DNA of 64,000 bases, taken from Clostridia bacterium (GTDB lineage: Bacteria; Bacillota; Clostridia; Oscillospirales; UBA644). The DNA lies in assembly GCA_017621705.1 (NCBI GenBank), contig JAGASR010000002.1:45984-109983 (forward strand). Reading direction: 5' to 3'. Positions 1-11,094 of this stretch are shown piece by piece (positions within the stretch are counted from its first letter, which is position 1; each line of letters begins with the position of its first letter). The notes beneath the pieces were generated by a model. The model ran no database searches. It was not told the origin of the DNA and was given only the letters and a program-made list of their open reading frames with translations. The position numbers and the translations under genes are program-made.

Positions 1-245
1 CCACCAACACGTTTAGCCTTAACTTCAAGTACAGGCATGATATTTTCCATAGCCTGTTCGTAAACCTCGAGCGGGTTCTTGCCGGTCTTCTCCTTTACGA
101 TGTCAAACGCGTCGTAAACTATTTTCTGAGCAACACCTTTCTTACCGTCATACATAACGCTGTTAACGAGCTTAGAAACGAGCTGGCTGCCGTAAATAGG
201 ATCGGGGAGAACTTCACGCTTGGGTATATTTCCTCTTCTGGGCAC
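1..245 (-). CDS. rpsG: 30S ribosomal protein S7, N-terminal part (continues beyond window start)
   Basis: Reverse-strand translation from GTG at 245 reads [50 protein letters not shown]..., the conserved S7 N-terminus. AAGGAGGG SD lies at 253-260. It sits downstream of rpsL as in the str operon. Confidence 0.9.
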   Translation of the reverse strand, partial: MPRRGNIPKREVLPDPIYGSQLVSKLVNSVMYDGKKGVAQKIVYDAFDIVKEKTGKNPLEVYEQAMENIMPVLEVKAKRVG

Positions 246-405
246 TTGACTTCCCTCCTTCATTATTATTAAATGAGTTCAACGGTACTCGAAAGATTAT
301 TTTCTTCCGTCAGCACTCAGCTTGAATATAAAATCTATATAAAAGCTTTCGCTGATGAAAAATCCGAGTAACTTTTCGACTTTAATTTTTTAAGCCGATC
401 TTAAA

Positions 406-828
406 TTATTTTTTTGCTGCCTTGGGACGCTTAGCTCCGTATTTGGAACGGGACTGCATTCTGCCGTTAACGCCCTGAGTATCGAGCGAACCGCGAATGA
501 TGTGGTAACGTACACCGGGAAGGTCTCTTACACGGCCGCCTCTGATGAGAACGACGCTGTGCTCCTGAAGGTTATGACCGATACCGGGAATGTAGGACGT
601 TACTTCCGCGAGGTTTGTAAGACGTACTCTTGCGATCTTACGGAGAGCAGAGTTCGGTTTCTTCGGGGTCTTGGTACCGACAGAAATGCAAACGCCTCTC
701 TTCTGGGGGTTCGACTGGTTGGTAGGTTTCTTCTTGAGAGAGTTGAGACCTTTCTGCAGCGCGGGAGCTGTAGATTTAACAACGAGAGTCTGTCTTCCTT
801 TGCGGACGAGCTGGTTAAATGTAGGCAT
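406..828 (-). CDS. rpsL: 30S ribosomal protein S12
   Basis: ORF 406..849 contains [13 protein letters not shown]...[10 protein letters not shown]...[18 protein letters not shown], canonical S12. Start placed at the internal ATG (828) preceded by AGGAGG at 835-840, rather than the upstream ORF-track start. Confidence 0.95.
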   Translation of the reverse strand: MPTFNQLVRKGRQTLVVKSTAPALQKGLNSLKKKPTNQSNPQKRGVCISVGTKTPKKPNSALRKIARVRLTNLAEVTSYIPGIGHNLQEHSVVLIRGGRVRDLPGVRYHIIRGSLDTQGVNGRMQSRSKYGAKRPKAAKK

Positions 829-949
829 GTTCTTCCTCCTTTTCTTCACTATTTTATATTATGATGAAAATATAAGCGGAGTAATGATAGTTTACGGGTC
901 ACCCGAAAAAGTGCATACTTCTCCCGTGGTATCGCCGTGAACGCTTAAT

Positions 950-978
950 AGTATATCACAAAATTCACCGTTTTTCAA
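950..978 (-). promoter_or_regulatory. Sigma-70-type promoter for rpsL-rpsG (TTGAAA-17-TATACT with TGn extended -10)
   Basis: The minus strand reads TTGAAA (978-973), a 17-nt spacer, then TGaTATACT (-10 at 955-950). It lies between the rpoC stop and the rpsL start. Confidence 0.55.
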
Positions 979-1057
979 GGGGTTTTCTTTACTTTTTTTT
1001 GAACTAATCATGATATTTAACGCCGAAGACGGTTTTCCGTCTCCGGCGCTGATATTT

Positions 1058-4000
1058 TTACTGAATTGTAACGGGTTCTTCCTGCTCTTCATGTTCGGTG
1101 AGTTCAACATTTCTGTATCTCTCAAGACCGGTACCTGCAGGAATGAGTTTACCGATGATAACGTTCTCTTTGAGGCCGACGAGCATATCCGTCTTACCTT
1201 TGATAGCTGCATCCGTAAGGATCTTCGTGGTTTCCTGGAAGGAAGCTGCGGAGAGGAAGCTTTCGGTTGCAAGAGCGGATTTCGTGATACCGAGAAGGAT
1301 CGTCTGGAATTCAGCCGGGATAGCGTCGGGATTGTCTGCGAGAAGTCTGCGGTTAACGTCTTTAACCTCTGCTCTGTCAACAACGGAGCCGAGCATGAAT
1401 TCGGTATCGCCGGGTTCGGTAATACGTACTTTTCTCATCATCTGACGGATAATGATCTCGATGTGCTTGTCGTTGATATCAACGGCCTGGCTGTGGTAAA
1501 CTTTCTGAATTTCCTGGGTGATGTATGCCTGAACAGCAGCCTCGGATTTGACTCTGAGGATATCCTGCGGATCCTGCGCACCTTCAGTGAGTTCCTGACC
1601 TTTGCGGATGAAGTCGCCTTCGCGGACTTTAAGACGCGCGCCGTAAGGAATAAGATACTGGCAGATCTCGCCTGTTTCCGTATTCTTGATAACAGCGTAT
1701 TTCGCGTGCTTCATTTCCTGGAAGGAAAGTTCGCCGTCGATTTCCGAAAGGATAGCAACTACCTTCGGATGACGTGCTTCGAAAAGTTCCTGAACTCGGG
1801 GAAGACCCTGTGTAATGTCTGAACTACCTGCAACACCGCCGGTATGGAAGGTTCTCATGGTAAGCTGAGTACCCGGTTCACCGATGGACTGTGCAGCGAT
1901 AATACCGACTGCTTCACCTACGTTAACGGTTTCGGACGTTGCAAGGTTCATGCCGTAGCACTTAGCGCAAACGCCGTAACGGCAGTTACAGGTGAGAACA
2001 GAGCGGAGTTTGAGTTTTTTATAACCTGCGGCAACGATGCGTTTTGCATCTTCGTCGCGGATGTATCTTGTGTTGGGGCAGATAACTTCGCCGGTAGCGG
2101 GATCGATGACGTCTTCAACAGGGAATCTGCCGAGGAGTCTGCTCTGGAAGCTTTCGATGATCTCGTCGCCGTCTCCGATATCGCATACTTCAACGCCTTC
2201 GGTCGAGCCGCAGTCGTCTTCTCTGATGATAACGTCCTGAGAAACGTCAACAAGTCTTCTCGTAAGGTAACCGGAGTCCGCAGTACGGAGAGCGGTGTCC
2301 GCCTGACCTTTTCTCGCACCCTTGGAGGATACGAAGTATTCAAGTACGGTAAGGCCTTCACGGAAGTTTGCTCTGATCGGAACATCGACGGTTTTACCGG
2401 TAGTGTTAGCCATAAGACCACGCATACCGCAAAGCTGTCTGATCTGGTCGATAGAGCCTCGAGCACCGGAAACCGCCATCATGTTGATCGGGTTGAACGG
2501 GCTGAGGTTTTCCTGAAGTTTCTTTGTAACGGCGTTGGTGGTGCTGTTCCATACGGAGACTACCTGCGCATAACGCTCGTCATCGGAAATAAGGCCTCTC
2601 TTGAAGTGCTTTGTGATCTTTTCGACTTCGGAGTCTGCTTTTGCAACGATATCCCATTTCTGCGGCGGAACTTCCATATCGCTTACGGAGATCGTGATAG
2701 CGCCCTTGGTCGAATATTTATAACCCTGAGACTTGATCATATCAAGAACTTCAGCGGTTTTTGTTATACCGTGCACTTTGATGCAGCGGTCGATGATCTT
2801 TTTGAGTTCGGATTTCTTTGCAACGTTCGTAACCTCGAGATCGAAGATCTTTTCGGGGTTCGTTCTGTCAACAAAGCCGAGGTCCTGAGGAATGGGACGG
2901 TTGAATATGATCTGGCCGACGGTAGCGTTGATGATTCTCGATTCCATCTGACCTTTATATTCTTTCTGAACTCTTACTTTGATCGGTGCGTGCATACCTA
3001 CAACGCCTGCGTCGTAAGCCATGAGAGCTTCGTCAAAGTCTTTGAAAATCTTGCCGACACCCGGTTCGGTATCTTTTATAATAGTAAGATAGTAAGAACC
3101 GAGGATCATGTCCTGAGAAGGTACGGCAACCGGCTGACCGTCCTGAGGACGGAGGAGGTTGTTTGCCGAAAGCATGAGGAAACGTGCTTCAGCCTGAGCT
3201 TCTGCCGAAAGAGGTACGTGAACAGCCATCTGGTCGCCGTCGAAGTCCGCGTTGAATGCGGTACAAACGAGCGGATGGAGCTTGAGCGCACGGCCTTCAA
3301 CGAGAACCGGTTCGAACGCCTGAATACCGAGACGGTGAAGTGTAGGCGCACGGTTAAGAAGGACGGGATATTCTTTGATAACGGTTTCGAGAGCGTCCCA
3401 AACGGGGTTTTCAGCTCTTTCTACCATCTTCTTTGCGCTCTTGATGTTCTGAACGATGCCGAGCTCTGTAAGTCTCTTCATAACGAACGGTTTGAAGAGC
3501 TCGAGAGCCATTTCTTTCGGGAGACCGCACTGGTAGATCTTGAGTTCGGGACCTACGACGATAACGGAACGGCCGGAGTAGTCAACACGTTTACCGAGAA
3601 GGTTCTGACGGAAACGGCCCTGCTTACCCTTGAGGACGTCAGACAGAGATTTGAGCGCTCTGTTGTTGGGTCCGTTAACGGGTTTGCCGCGTCTGCCGTT
3701 ATCGATAAGAGCGTCAACAGCTTCCTGAAGCATACGTTTTTCGTTACGAACGATGATGGAGGGAGCGGAGAGCTCGAGAAGTTTGCGAAGACGGTTGTTT
3801 CTGTTGATAACACGTCTGTAAAGATCGTTAAGGTCGCTGGTTGCGAATCTGCCGCCGTCAAGCTGAACCATGGGACGGATTTCCGGCGGAATTACCGGGA
3901 GAACGTCGAGGATCATCCATTCGGGACGGTTACCGGAAGTTCTGAAAGATTCAACAACTTCAAATCTCTTGAGGATCTTGAGTCTCTTCTGACCGTTGGA

Positions 4001-4639
4001 GTCATCAAGTTCTGCACGGAGCTCTGCGGAAAGAGCATCAAGGTCGATCTCCATAAGGAGTTCTTTGATTGCTTCCGCACCCATTTCGGCTCTGAAGTCG
4101 GTACCGTATTTTTCGGTGAGTTCGTAATATTCTTTTTCGGAAAGGATCTGTTTTTTCTTGATCTCGGGGATACCGCCGTCATCAAGAACGATATAAGCGC
4201 CGAAATAAAGGACACTTTCGAGCTGACGGGGCTGGATGTCGAGCATCTGACCGAGACGGGAGGGGATACCCTTGAAGTACCAAATATGCGAAACGGGAGC
4301 CGCAAGTTCGATATGGCCCATTCTTTCGCGGCGGACTTTGGATTTTGTGATCTCAACGCCGCAACGTTCACATACCTTGCCCTTATATCTGAAACGTTTG
4401 TATTTACCGCAGTGACATTCCCAGTCCTTCATCGGACCAAAGATACGTTCGCAGAAAAGACCGTCTCTTTCGGGCTTGAGGGTTCTGTAGTTGATGGTTT
4501 CGGGCTTCTTAACTTCGCCGTGAGACCAGGATCTGATCTTTTCGGGCGAAGCAAGGCCTATTTTGATGGATTCAAAAGCATTGAATTCCATTCCGGAGGA
4601 AGTTTTGCTCTTGGTAGCTATTTCTTTTTCGGTATTCAT
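1058..4639 (-). CDS. rpoC: DNA-directed RNA polymerase subunit beta'
   Basis: 1193 aa. Motifs seen: [12 protein letters not shown] catalytic loop, N-terminal zinc finger [22 protein letters not shown], and the trigger loop/bridge helix regions. AAGGAGG SD lies 8 nt upstream of the ATG. Confidence 0.98.
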   Translation of the reverse strand: MNTEKEIATKSKTSSGMEFNAFESIKIGLASPEKIRSWSHGEVKKPETINYRTLKPERDGLFCERIFGPMKDWECHCGKYKRFRYKGKVCERCGVEITKSKVRRERMGHIELAAPVSHIWYFKGIPSRLGQMLDIQPRQLESVLYFGAYIVLDDGGIPEIKKKQILSEKEYYELTEKYGTDFRAEMGAEAIKELLMEIDLDALSAELRAELDDSNGQKRLKILKRFEVVESFRTSGNRPEWMILDVLPVIPPEIRPMVQLDGGRFATSDLNDLYRRVINRNNRLRKLLELSAPSIIVRNEKRMLQEAVDALIDNGRRGKPVNGPNNRALKSLSDVLKGKQGRFRQNLLGKRVDYSGRSVIVVGPELKIYQCGLPKEMALELFKPFVMKRLTELGIVQNIKSAKKMVERAENPVWDALETVIKEYPVLLNRAPTLHRLGIQAFEPVLVEGRALKLHPLVCTAFNADFDGDQMAVHVPLSAEAQAEARFLMLSANNLLRPQDGQPVAVPSQDMILGSYYLTIIKDTEPGVGKIFKDFDEALMAYDAGVVGMHAPIKVRVQKEYKGQMESRIINATVGQIIFNRPIPQDLGFVDRTNPEKIFDLEVTNVAKKSELKKIIDRCIKVHGITKTAEVLDMIKSQGYKYSTKGAITISVSDMEVPPQKWDIVAKADSEVEKITKHFKRGLISDDERYAQVVSVWNSTTNAVTKKLQENLSPFNPINMMAVSGARGSIDQIRQLCGMRGLMANTTGKTVDVPIRANFREGLTVLEYFVSSKGARKGQADTALRTADSGYLTRRLVDVSQDVIIREDDCGSTEGVEVCDIGDGDEIIESFQSRLLGRFPVEDVIDPATGEVICPNTRYIRDEDAKRIVAAGYKKLKLRSVLTCNCRYGVCAKCYGMNLATSETVNVGEAVGIIAAQSIGEPGTQLTMRTFHTGGVAGSSDITQGLPRVQELFEARHPKVVAILSEIDGELSFQEMKHAKYAVIKNTETGEICQYLIPYGARLKVREGDFIRKGQELTEGAQDPQDILRVKSEAAVQAYITQEIQKVYHSQAVDINDKHIEIIIRQMMRKVRITEPGDTEFMLGSVVDRAEVKDVNRRLLADNPDAIPAEFQTILLGITKSALATESFLSAASFQETTKILTDAAIKGKTDMLVGLKENVIIGKLIPAGTGLERYRNVELTEHEEQEEPVTIQ

Positions 4640-4653
4640 TCGCTTTGTCCTCC

Positions 4654-7600
4654 TTAATTATTGTCTGAATCGTCAAAGTCTTCCTCGACGCTTGTTGTGT
4701 AGAGGTAATCATCCTCTTCTTCGGTATCATCGGCACCGAAGTCGCCTTCGATTTCGGAGAAGATGAAGTCTGCTGCGGGATAATCGTATTCGTCGTCAGC
4801 GTTCATGACTTCTTTTGCTTCGTTCGGGTCGAAGCTTACTTCTTCGGTCTCGTCGTCGTAAGAAGTTGTAAGGTCGATCTCATGCTGATCTTTTGCAAGG
4901 ACTTTTACATCCAGACCGAGAGACTGAAGTTCTTTTACAAGAACCTTGAAACTTTCGGGGATGCCCGGTTCGGGTACGTTCTTGCCCTTGACGATAGATT
5001 CGAATGTCTTTACGCGGCCGACAACGTCGTCCGATTTGACGGTGAGCATTTCCTGAAGGGTGTATGCGGAACCGTATGCTTCGAGTGCCCAAACTTCCAT
5101 TTCACCGAAACGCTGGCCGCCGAACTGAGCTTTACCGCCGAGGGGCTGCTGAGTAACGAGGGAGTACGGACCGGTGGAACGTGCGTGGATCTTATCGTCA
5201 ACAAGGTGATGCAGTTTGAGGTAGTACATATAACCGACGGTAACTTCGCCGTCGAAAAGTTCACCGGTTCTGCCGTCGTAAAGCGGAGTCTTACCGGTTC
5301 TGTTGTAGCCTGCAAGTTCAAGGCAGTTTGCGATGTCGGATTCTTTAACACCGTCAAATACGGGGGTCTCGATCTTCCAACCGAGTGCTTTTGCGGCATA
5401 ACCGAGGTGGACTTCAAGAACCTGACCGATATTCATTCGGGAAGGAACGCCCAGCGGGTTAAGAACGATATCGAGCGGAGTACCGTCCGGAAGGAACGGC
5501 ATATCTTCCTGAGGAAGAATTCTCGAAACGACACCTTTGTTACCGTGACGGCCCGCCATCTTGTCACCGACGGAGATCTTACGTCTCTGTGCGATGTATA
5601 CGCGGACTATCATATTGGTAGAGGGAGAAAGTTCGGAGGAGTTTTCGCGGGTGAAGGTCTTTACGTCAACGACGATACCGGTTTCACCGTGGGGAACTTT
5701 AAGAGAGGAGTCTCTTACTTCTCTGGACTTCTCGCCGAATATTGCTCTGAGAAGACGTTCCTCGGCAGTCTGTTCAGCATCGCCTTTCGGGGATACTTTA
5801 CCGACAAGGATATCACCGGATCTGACTTCTGCGCCGATTCTGATGATACCGCGTTCGTCAAGGTCTGCAAGAAGATCTTTCGAAACGCCGGGAATGTCGT
5901 TTGTGATTTCTTCTGGACCGAGCTTTGTTTCTTTTGCGTCGATCTCGTATTCTTCGATATGGACGGAGGTGTAGGTATCTTCTTTTACGAGTTTTTCGTT
6001 AAGAAGTACGGCGTCCTCGTAGTTGTAACCTTCCCAGGTCATGAAGCCGATAAGCATATTCTTACCGAGAGCGAGTTCACCGTTTGCGGTGGAAGGACCG
6101 TCAGCAAGAACGTCGCCTTTCTTGATTCTCTGACCTACGGAAACGATGGGTCTCTGGTTGAAGCAGGTACCCTGGTTGGAACGGAGGAACTTGATGATCG
6201 GATATTCTTCGATCTGACCTTCGTCAGTCTTGATCTTGACTTCCGTTGCGGAAACGAACGAAACAACGCCGTCTACCTTCGAAACTACGCAAACACCGCT
6301 GTCGACAGCCGCACGGTATTCCATGCCGGTACCGACGATCGGGGATTCGGTCTTGAGAAGGGGAACTGCCTGTCTCTGCATGTTCGCACCCATCAGGGCA
6401 CGAATTGCGTCGTCGTTTTCAAGGAAGGGGATCATTGATGTTGCGACGGAAACGACCTGCTTCGGAGAAATATCGATAAAGTCAACTTTGTCTTTTTCGA
6501 TTTCTGCGATGTTTTCTCTGTGACGTACAGCGACTTTGTCTCTGATAAGTCTGTTCATTTCATCACGGGGTTCGTTTGCCTGCGCAACGATGTAGTTATC
6601 TTCGACGTCTGCAGTCATGTAAACTACTTCGTCGGAAATAATACCTGTTTCTTTATCTATGGGATGATACGGAGCTTCGATGAAGCCGTATTCGTTGATT
6701 CTTGCGAAAGCTGCAAGGTAAGAGATAAGACCGATGTTCGGGCCTTCAGGGGTTTCTACGGGGCACATTCTGCCGTAGTGAGAGTAGTGAACGTCTCGAA
6801 CGTCGAAACCTGCGCGGTCACGGGTAAGACCGCCGGGACCGAGGGCGGAAAGTCTTCTCTTATGGGTGATCTCAGCGAGCGGGTTGGACTGGTCCATGAA
6901 CTGAGAAAGGGGAGAAGATCCGAAGAATTCGCGGATGGCTGCGATTACGGGTCTGGAATTGATAAGAGACTGCGGAGTTGCCTCAGTCGCATTCTGCATA
7001 TTCATTCTTTCTTTGATCGCACGTTCCATTCTCGTAAAGCCGATGCGGAGCTGGTTCTGGAGAAGTTCTCCTACGCATCGGATACGACGGTTGCCGAGAT
7101 GGTCGATGTCGTCGGTGGTGCCGATACCGTAGTAAAGGCAGAGAATGTAGTTGATCGAAGAGAAGAGGTCTTCGTTGCAGATGGTGTTGGGGGTAAGTTC
7201 GGAAAGACGTTCCTTACAAGCTTCTTTGATCTCTTTTTCGGTTTCGCAGGAATCAAGGATCTCGCAAAGTACGGAGAACTTGACCCATTCGCGGATGCCG
7301 ACTTCTGCGGGATCGAAAGATACGAAGTTTTTCATATCAACCATGCCGTTGGAGAATACGCGGATCTCGTGTTCGTCAATGTTGAGGTATACTTCGTAAA
7401 CACCCTTTGCTTCGATCTCGAAAGCTTTCTCTCTGGAGAGAGTTTCGCCTGCATCAGCGAGAATTTCGCCGGTGAGGGGATCGGATACGGGTCTTGTAAG
7501 AACCTTGCCCATGATACGGTGACCGAGAGCAAGCTTCTTATTATATTTATAGCGACCTACTCTCGTAAGGTCATACGTTCTTTCGTTGAAAAAGAGGTTG

Positions 7601-8394
7601 TCAATATGAGCAACAGCACCTTCGGTGGTCGCAGGTTCGCCCGGACGGAGCTTTTTGTAGAGCTCAACGAGCGCGGAGGAACGGCTGGTGGAGGTGTCTT
7701 TTTCGAGGGTGGAAAGAATTCTTGCGTCTTCACCGAAAACTGCCTTGATCTGATCGTCGGTCTCGATACCGAACGCACGGATAAGGGTCGTTACGGGGAA
7801 TTTCTTGCCTTTGTCTACGCGAACGTAAATAACGTCGTTTGCGTCGCTTTCATATTCTACCCAGGGACCTCTGTTGGGCATGACCGTTCCGCTGAACAGT
7901 TTGTTGCCCGCTTTGTCCATCTCAAAAGAGAAGTAGATACCGGGAGAACGAACGAGCTGAGAAACTACGACACGCTCGGCACCGTTGATAATAAAAGTTC
8001 CGGTGTCTGTCATGAGCGGGAAGTCGCCGAAGAAGATCTCAGTGTCTTTGATGTCTTGGGTCTGTGTGTTTGTCAGACGGCAGTTGATCTTCAGCGGTGC
8101 CGCGTAAGTCGCATCGCGTTCTTTGCATTCGCCGATGGAATACTTGGGTGTTTTCTCGAGGGTATGTCCTACATAGTCGAGAACGATCGTCCCTGTGTGG
8201 TCCTCAATGTGCGACGATTCCTTGAGAACTGCGGCAATACCGTCTTTGATAAACCACTCGTAGCTGTTGAGCTGAATATCAATGAGGTTGGGGATTTCCT
8301 GAACTTCGTTGATCTTCGCGAAGTTTACCCTGGTGTTGTTACCGAGCTGCTCGTAATGGGCGCCGACTGCTTTCGGGTCAACCTTTTGGTTCAT
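4654..8394 (-). CDS. rpoB: DNA-directed RNA polymerase subunit beta (with acidic C-terminal tail)
   Basis: 1246 aa with typical RpoB blocks ([51 protein letters not shown]). Located immediately upstream of rpoC. Confidence 0.98.
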   Translation of the reverse strand: MNQKVDPKAVGAHYEQLGNNTRVNFAKINEVQEIPNLIDIQLNSYEWFIKDGIAAVLKESSHIEDHTGTIVLDYVGHTLEKTPKYSIGECKERDATYAAPLKINCRLTNTQTQDIKDTEIFFGDFPLMTDTGTFIINGAERVVVSQLVRSPGIYFSFEMDKAGNKLFSGTVMPNRGPWVEYESDANDVIYVRVDKGKKFPVTTLIRAFGIETDDQIKAVFGEDARILSTLEKDTSTSRSSALVELYKKLRPGEPATTEGAVAHIDNLFFNERTYDLTRVGRYKYNKKLALGHRIMGKVLTRPVSDPLTGEILADAGETLSREKAFEIEAKGVYEVYLNIDEHEIRVFSNGMVDMKNFVSFDPAEVGIREWVKFSVLCEILDSCETEKEIKEACKERLSELTPNTICNEDLFSSINYILCLYYGIGTTDDIDHLGNRRIRCVGELLQNQLRIGFTRMERAIKERMNMQNATEATPQSLINSRPVIAAIREFFGSSPLSQFMDQSNPLAEITHKRRLSALGPGGLTRDRAGFDVRDVHYSHYGRMCPVETPEGPNIGLISYLAAFARINEYGFIEAPYHPIDKETGIISDEVVYMTADVEDNYIVAQANEPRDEMNRLIRDKVAVRHRENIAEIEKDKVDFIDISPKQVVSVATSMIPFLENDDAIRALMGANMQRQAVPLLKTESPIVGTGMEYRAAVDSGVCVVSKVDGVVSFVSATEVKIKTDEGQIEEYPIIKFLRSNQGTCFNQRPIVSVGQRIKKGDVLADGPSTANGELALGKNMLIGFMTWEGYNYEDAVLLNEKLVKEDTYTSVHIEEYEIDAKETKLGPEEITNDIPGVSKDLLADLDERGIIRIGAEVRSGDILVGKVSPKGDAEQTAEERLLRAIFGEKSREVRDSSLKVPHGETGIVVDVKTFTRENSSELSPSTNMIVRVYIAQRRKISVGDKMAGRHGNKGVVSRILPQEDMPFLPDGTPLDIVLNPLGVPSRMNIGQVLEVHLGYAAKALGWKIETPVFDGVKESDIANCLELAGYNRTGKTPLYDGRTGELFDGEVTVGYMYYLKLHHLVDDKIHARSTGPYSLVTQQPLGGKAQFGGQRFGEMEVWALEAYGSAYTLQEMLTVKSDDVVGRVKTFESIVKGKNVPEPGIPESFKVLVKELQSLGLDVKVLAKDQHEIDLTTSYDDETEEVSFDPNEAKEVMNADDEYDYPAADFIFSEIEGDFGADDTEEEDDYLYTTSVEEDFDDSDNN

Positions 8395-8564
8395 GCACTA
8401 TCATCTCCGTTTAATATTTTGTAATTTTAAAAAAGCACTTGATTTTTTGTTTGATGTATGTTATAATAACGTCTGTCAAGGAATGTCGACTCATTTTTCG
8501 TCGCTGTCGAATTCCTTACTTTAAGTGAAAAAAACACTTAAAATCGATCTGGACGCAGTATAAA

Positions 8565-8593
8565 ATTATACCATATATTTATCAATATGTCAA
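8565..8593 (-). promoter_or_regulatory. Consensus sigma-70 promoter for rpoBC (TTGACA-17-TATAAT)
   Basis: The minus strand has TTGACA at 8593-8588, an exact 17-nt spacer, and TATAAT at 8570-8565. This leaves a leader of about 165 nt before the rpoB ATG. Confidence 0.65.
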
Positions 8594-8701
8594 GCTTCGC
8601 AAGGTCGTTTCGGGGGTGAATTTCAACTTCGGCGGTTTTGACGAACTTTTCGCGTGTTGAAATCAGATTTTTGTACAATATAAACATAGTGAGGTATAAA
8701 C

Positions 8702-10240
8702 ATGAAGAGAGCATTACTCAGTGTTTCCGACAAGACCGGAATTGTTGAATTTGCAAAAGAACTTTCATCTCTCGGCTTCGAGATCCTTTCCACCGGCGGT
8801 ACCGCGACTGCGCTTCGCGATAACGGTATCGATGTTACCAACGTCAGCGATGTTACCGGTTTTCCGGAATGTCTCGACGGTCGCGTAAAGACCCTTCACC
8901 CCATGATCCACGCAGGCATTCTTGCTATGAGAGATAATCCCGAGCATATGCAGCAGATCAAAGATCTCGGCGTTGAACCCATCGATATCATCGCCATCAA
9001 CCTCTATCCCTTCAAGAAGACCATTCTCAAAGAAGGTACTACTTTCGAAGAAGCAGTCGAAAATATCGACATCGGCGGCCCCACAATGATCCGCGCCGCT
9101 GCAAAGAACCATCCCGACGTTGCTGTTATCGTTGACCCTGCAGATTATTCTTCCATCATCGATCAGCTCAAGAACGGCGGCATCAGCCTTCAGGCTAAAA
9201 AAGAGCTCGCTCTCAAAGTTTTCGAACATACCGCAGCATACGATGCGCTTATCGCCGATTATTTCAGAAAACAGCTCGATAAATCTCCCCTTCCCGACAG
9301 CCTTACCCTCACTTTCGAAAAAGTTCAGGGCATGCGTTACGGCGAAAACCCCCACCAGAGCGCTGCTTTCTACCGTCAGGTAGGTCATTACGACGGCACT
9401 CTCTCCGCTGCCGAACAGCTTTCCGGTAAAGAACTTTCTTATAACAATATCAACGATACCAACGGCGCTCTCGACCTCCTCAAAGAGTTCGAAGGCAAAA
9501 CCGCTGTCGTTGCAGTTAAACACGCAAATCCCTGCGGCGTAGGTACCGGTGCCGATACTTACGAAGCTTATATGAACGCTTACAACGCAGACCCCGTATC
9601 CATTTACGGCGGCATCGTTGCATGCAACACCGTTGTTGACGCTAAAACCGCGGAAGAAATGCACAAGATCTTCCTCGAGATCGTTATCGCTCCCGACTTT
9701 ACCGAAGAAGCTGTCAAGATCCTTTCCGCAAAAGCAAATCTCCGCATTCTCCGTCTTCCCCAGATCGCAAAGAGAAATACTCCCGATATGCTCGATATGA
9801 AGAAAGTCGCAGGCGGCCTTCTCGTTCAGGAACTCGACTGTTCTCTCTATGCGGGCGAACTCAAGTGCGTTACCGACCGTGCACCCACCGAAGAAGAAAT
9901 GAAAGCTCTCGATTTCGGCTGGACCGTCGTTAAACATACCAAGTCCAATGCTATCGTTCTTTCAAAAGACAATATGACCGTCGGCGTAGGCCCCGGCCAG
10001 ACCAACCGTATTACCGCTCTCGAACTTGCCGTTAAATACGCAGGTGACAAAGCCAAAGGCTCCGTTCTCGCATCCGATGCATTCTTCCCGTTTGACGACT
10101 GTGTTGAAGCCGCTCACAAAGCAGGCATTACCGCTATCATTCAGCCCGGCGGATCCATCAGAGACGAAGACTCCATCAAGAAATGCAACGAATACGGTAT
10201 CGCTATGGTCTTTACCGGTCAGAGACATTTCAAACACTAA
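8702..10240 (+). CDS. purH: Bifunctional AICAR formyltransferase / IMP cyclohydrolase
   Basis: 512 aa. [21 protein letters not shown]...GGTA...VKTLHP matches the MGS-like IMPCH domain, followed by an AICARFT domain. GAGG SD present. Confidence 0.95.
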   Translation: MKRALLSVSDKTGIVEFAKELSSLGFEILSTGGTATALRDNGIDVTNVSDVTGFPECLDGRVKTLHPMIHAGILAMRDNPEHMQQIKDLGVEPIDIIAINLYPFKKTILKEGTTFEEAVENIDIGGPTMIRAAAKNHPDVAVIVDPADYSSIIDQLKNGGISLQAKKELALKVFEHTAAYDALIADYFRKQLDKSPLPDSLTLTFEKVQGMRYGENPHQSAAFYRQVGHYDGTLSAAEQLSGKELSYNNINDTNGALDLLKEFEGKTAVVAVKHANPCGVGTGADTYEAYMNAYNADPVSIYGGIVACNTVVDAKTAEEMHKIFLEIVIAPDFTEEAVKILSAKANLRILRLPQIAKRNTPDMLDMKKVAGGLLVQELDCSLYAGELKCVTDRAPTEEEMKALDFGWTVVKHTKSNAIVLSKDNMTVGVGPGQTNRITALELAVKYAGDKAKGSVLASDAFFPFDDCVEAAHKAGITAIIQPGGSIRDEDSIKKCNEYGIAMVFTGQRHFKH

Positions 10241-10279
10241 ACCGAAACTTAAAATTAATCATAAACGAGGTATATTATC

Positions 10280-10579
10280 ATGAAAAAAACTCTTGAAGAA
10301 AAATACGCTAATCCCGGTAAAGATATAAATACCGGTACAATCGTCGTTCTCGGCGTTGGCTTCTTCCTTCTTCTTCTCACCATTTACTTCTCTGTAAGAA
10401 TGGGCAGCCCCCTTTATATCATCGGCATCGTTCTTCTTGCTTTCTGCATTCTTATCGTTAATAAGAACCTCAGAGAATGGATCCACGGCATTCGTCGCAC
10501 CCAGCTTATCAAGAGCGGCAAACTCAAGCTTCAGCCCAAGAAATCCTACAACCGCGAACACAGATTCGACGAAGAATAA
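10280..10579 (+). CDS. Small hypothetical membrane protein (two predicted TM helices)
   Basis: 99-aa ORF with a GAGG SD and two hydrophobic stretches (IVVLGVGFFLLLLTIYF, LYIIGIVLLAFCILIV). No family recognised. Confidence 0.5.
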   Translation: MKKTLEEKYANPGKDINTGTIVVLGVGFFLLLLTIYFSVRMGSPLYIIGIVLLAFCILIVNKNLREWIHGIRRTQLIKSGKLKLQPKKSYNREHRFDEE

Positions 10580-10608
10580 TTTTTAATTAAGAATCTTTTT
10601 GACAACAT

Positions 10609-10965
10609 GCGGAGGACACGCGATCGCGGGAAGAAGTCGAAAGGCTCTTTCTGAGGAAAGTCCGAGCTCCAACGGGAAAGAATAACGGATAACGTCCGCC
10701 GAGGGCAACCTCCGGGACAGTGCAACAGAAAATAACGTCGGGCATCCGCCCGTCACGGTGAAAAGGTGAGGTAAGAGCTCACCGGGGGGTCGGTAACGGC
10801 ACCCGTCAGTGTAAACCCTATTCGGAGCAATTCCGCAAAAAAGACAGAAAGCCCCGAGCTTTCAGCGCCACCCGTCGCGTCTTACAGGAAGCTGGAGATA
10901 CGGAGCAATTCGTATTCGAGATAGATGATACGCGTAGATACAAAACTCGGCTTATTATCCTCCGC
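10609..10965 (+). ncRNA. rnpB: RNase P RNA, bacterial type A
   Basis: Has the P4 halves GAGGAAAGTCCGAGCTCC (5') and ACAAAACTCGGCTTAT (3'). Also CAGTGCAACAGAAA and GGTGAAAAGGTGAGGTAAGAGCTCACC, which parallel E. coli M1 RNA. P1 is closed by GCGGAGGA (10609-10616) pairing with TCCTCCGC (10958-10965), followed by a T-run. Confidence 0.93.
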
Positions 10966-11094
10966 TTTTTTGTTGTTTATTTTAAAATAAAGATTATTGA
11001 TGCGGACGTCGGGATCTCTGATGTCCGCTTTTGCTTTAGCTTGCTTTATTTCACGAAAGGAACCCTTTGTCTTCGGCAAAGGTAACTGATTTAT

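Noticed and set aside
1844-4657. 937-aa ORF on the plus strand
   Set aside because: Entirely antisense to rpoC, with no SD and a low-complexity, family-less translation. Typical shadow ORF of a long gene with biased codon usage.
4882-8424. 518-aa and 634-aa plus-strand ORFs
   Set aside because: Both are antisense shadows of rpoB. The translations have no recognisable motifs.
8395-8701. Purine riboswitch upstream of purH
   Set aside because: The conserved purine-aptamer core (three-way junction with the ...TATAAT..GG.TATGG...CTACC...CCGACTA-type signature) is not present on the purH strand.
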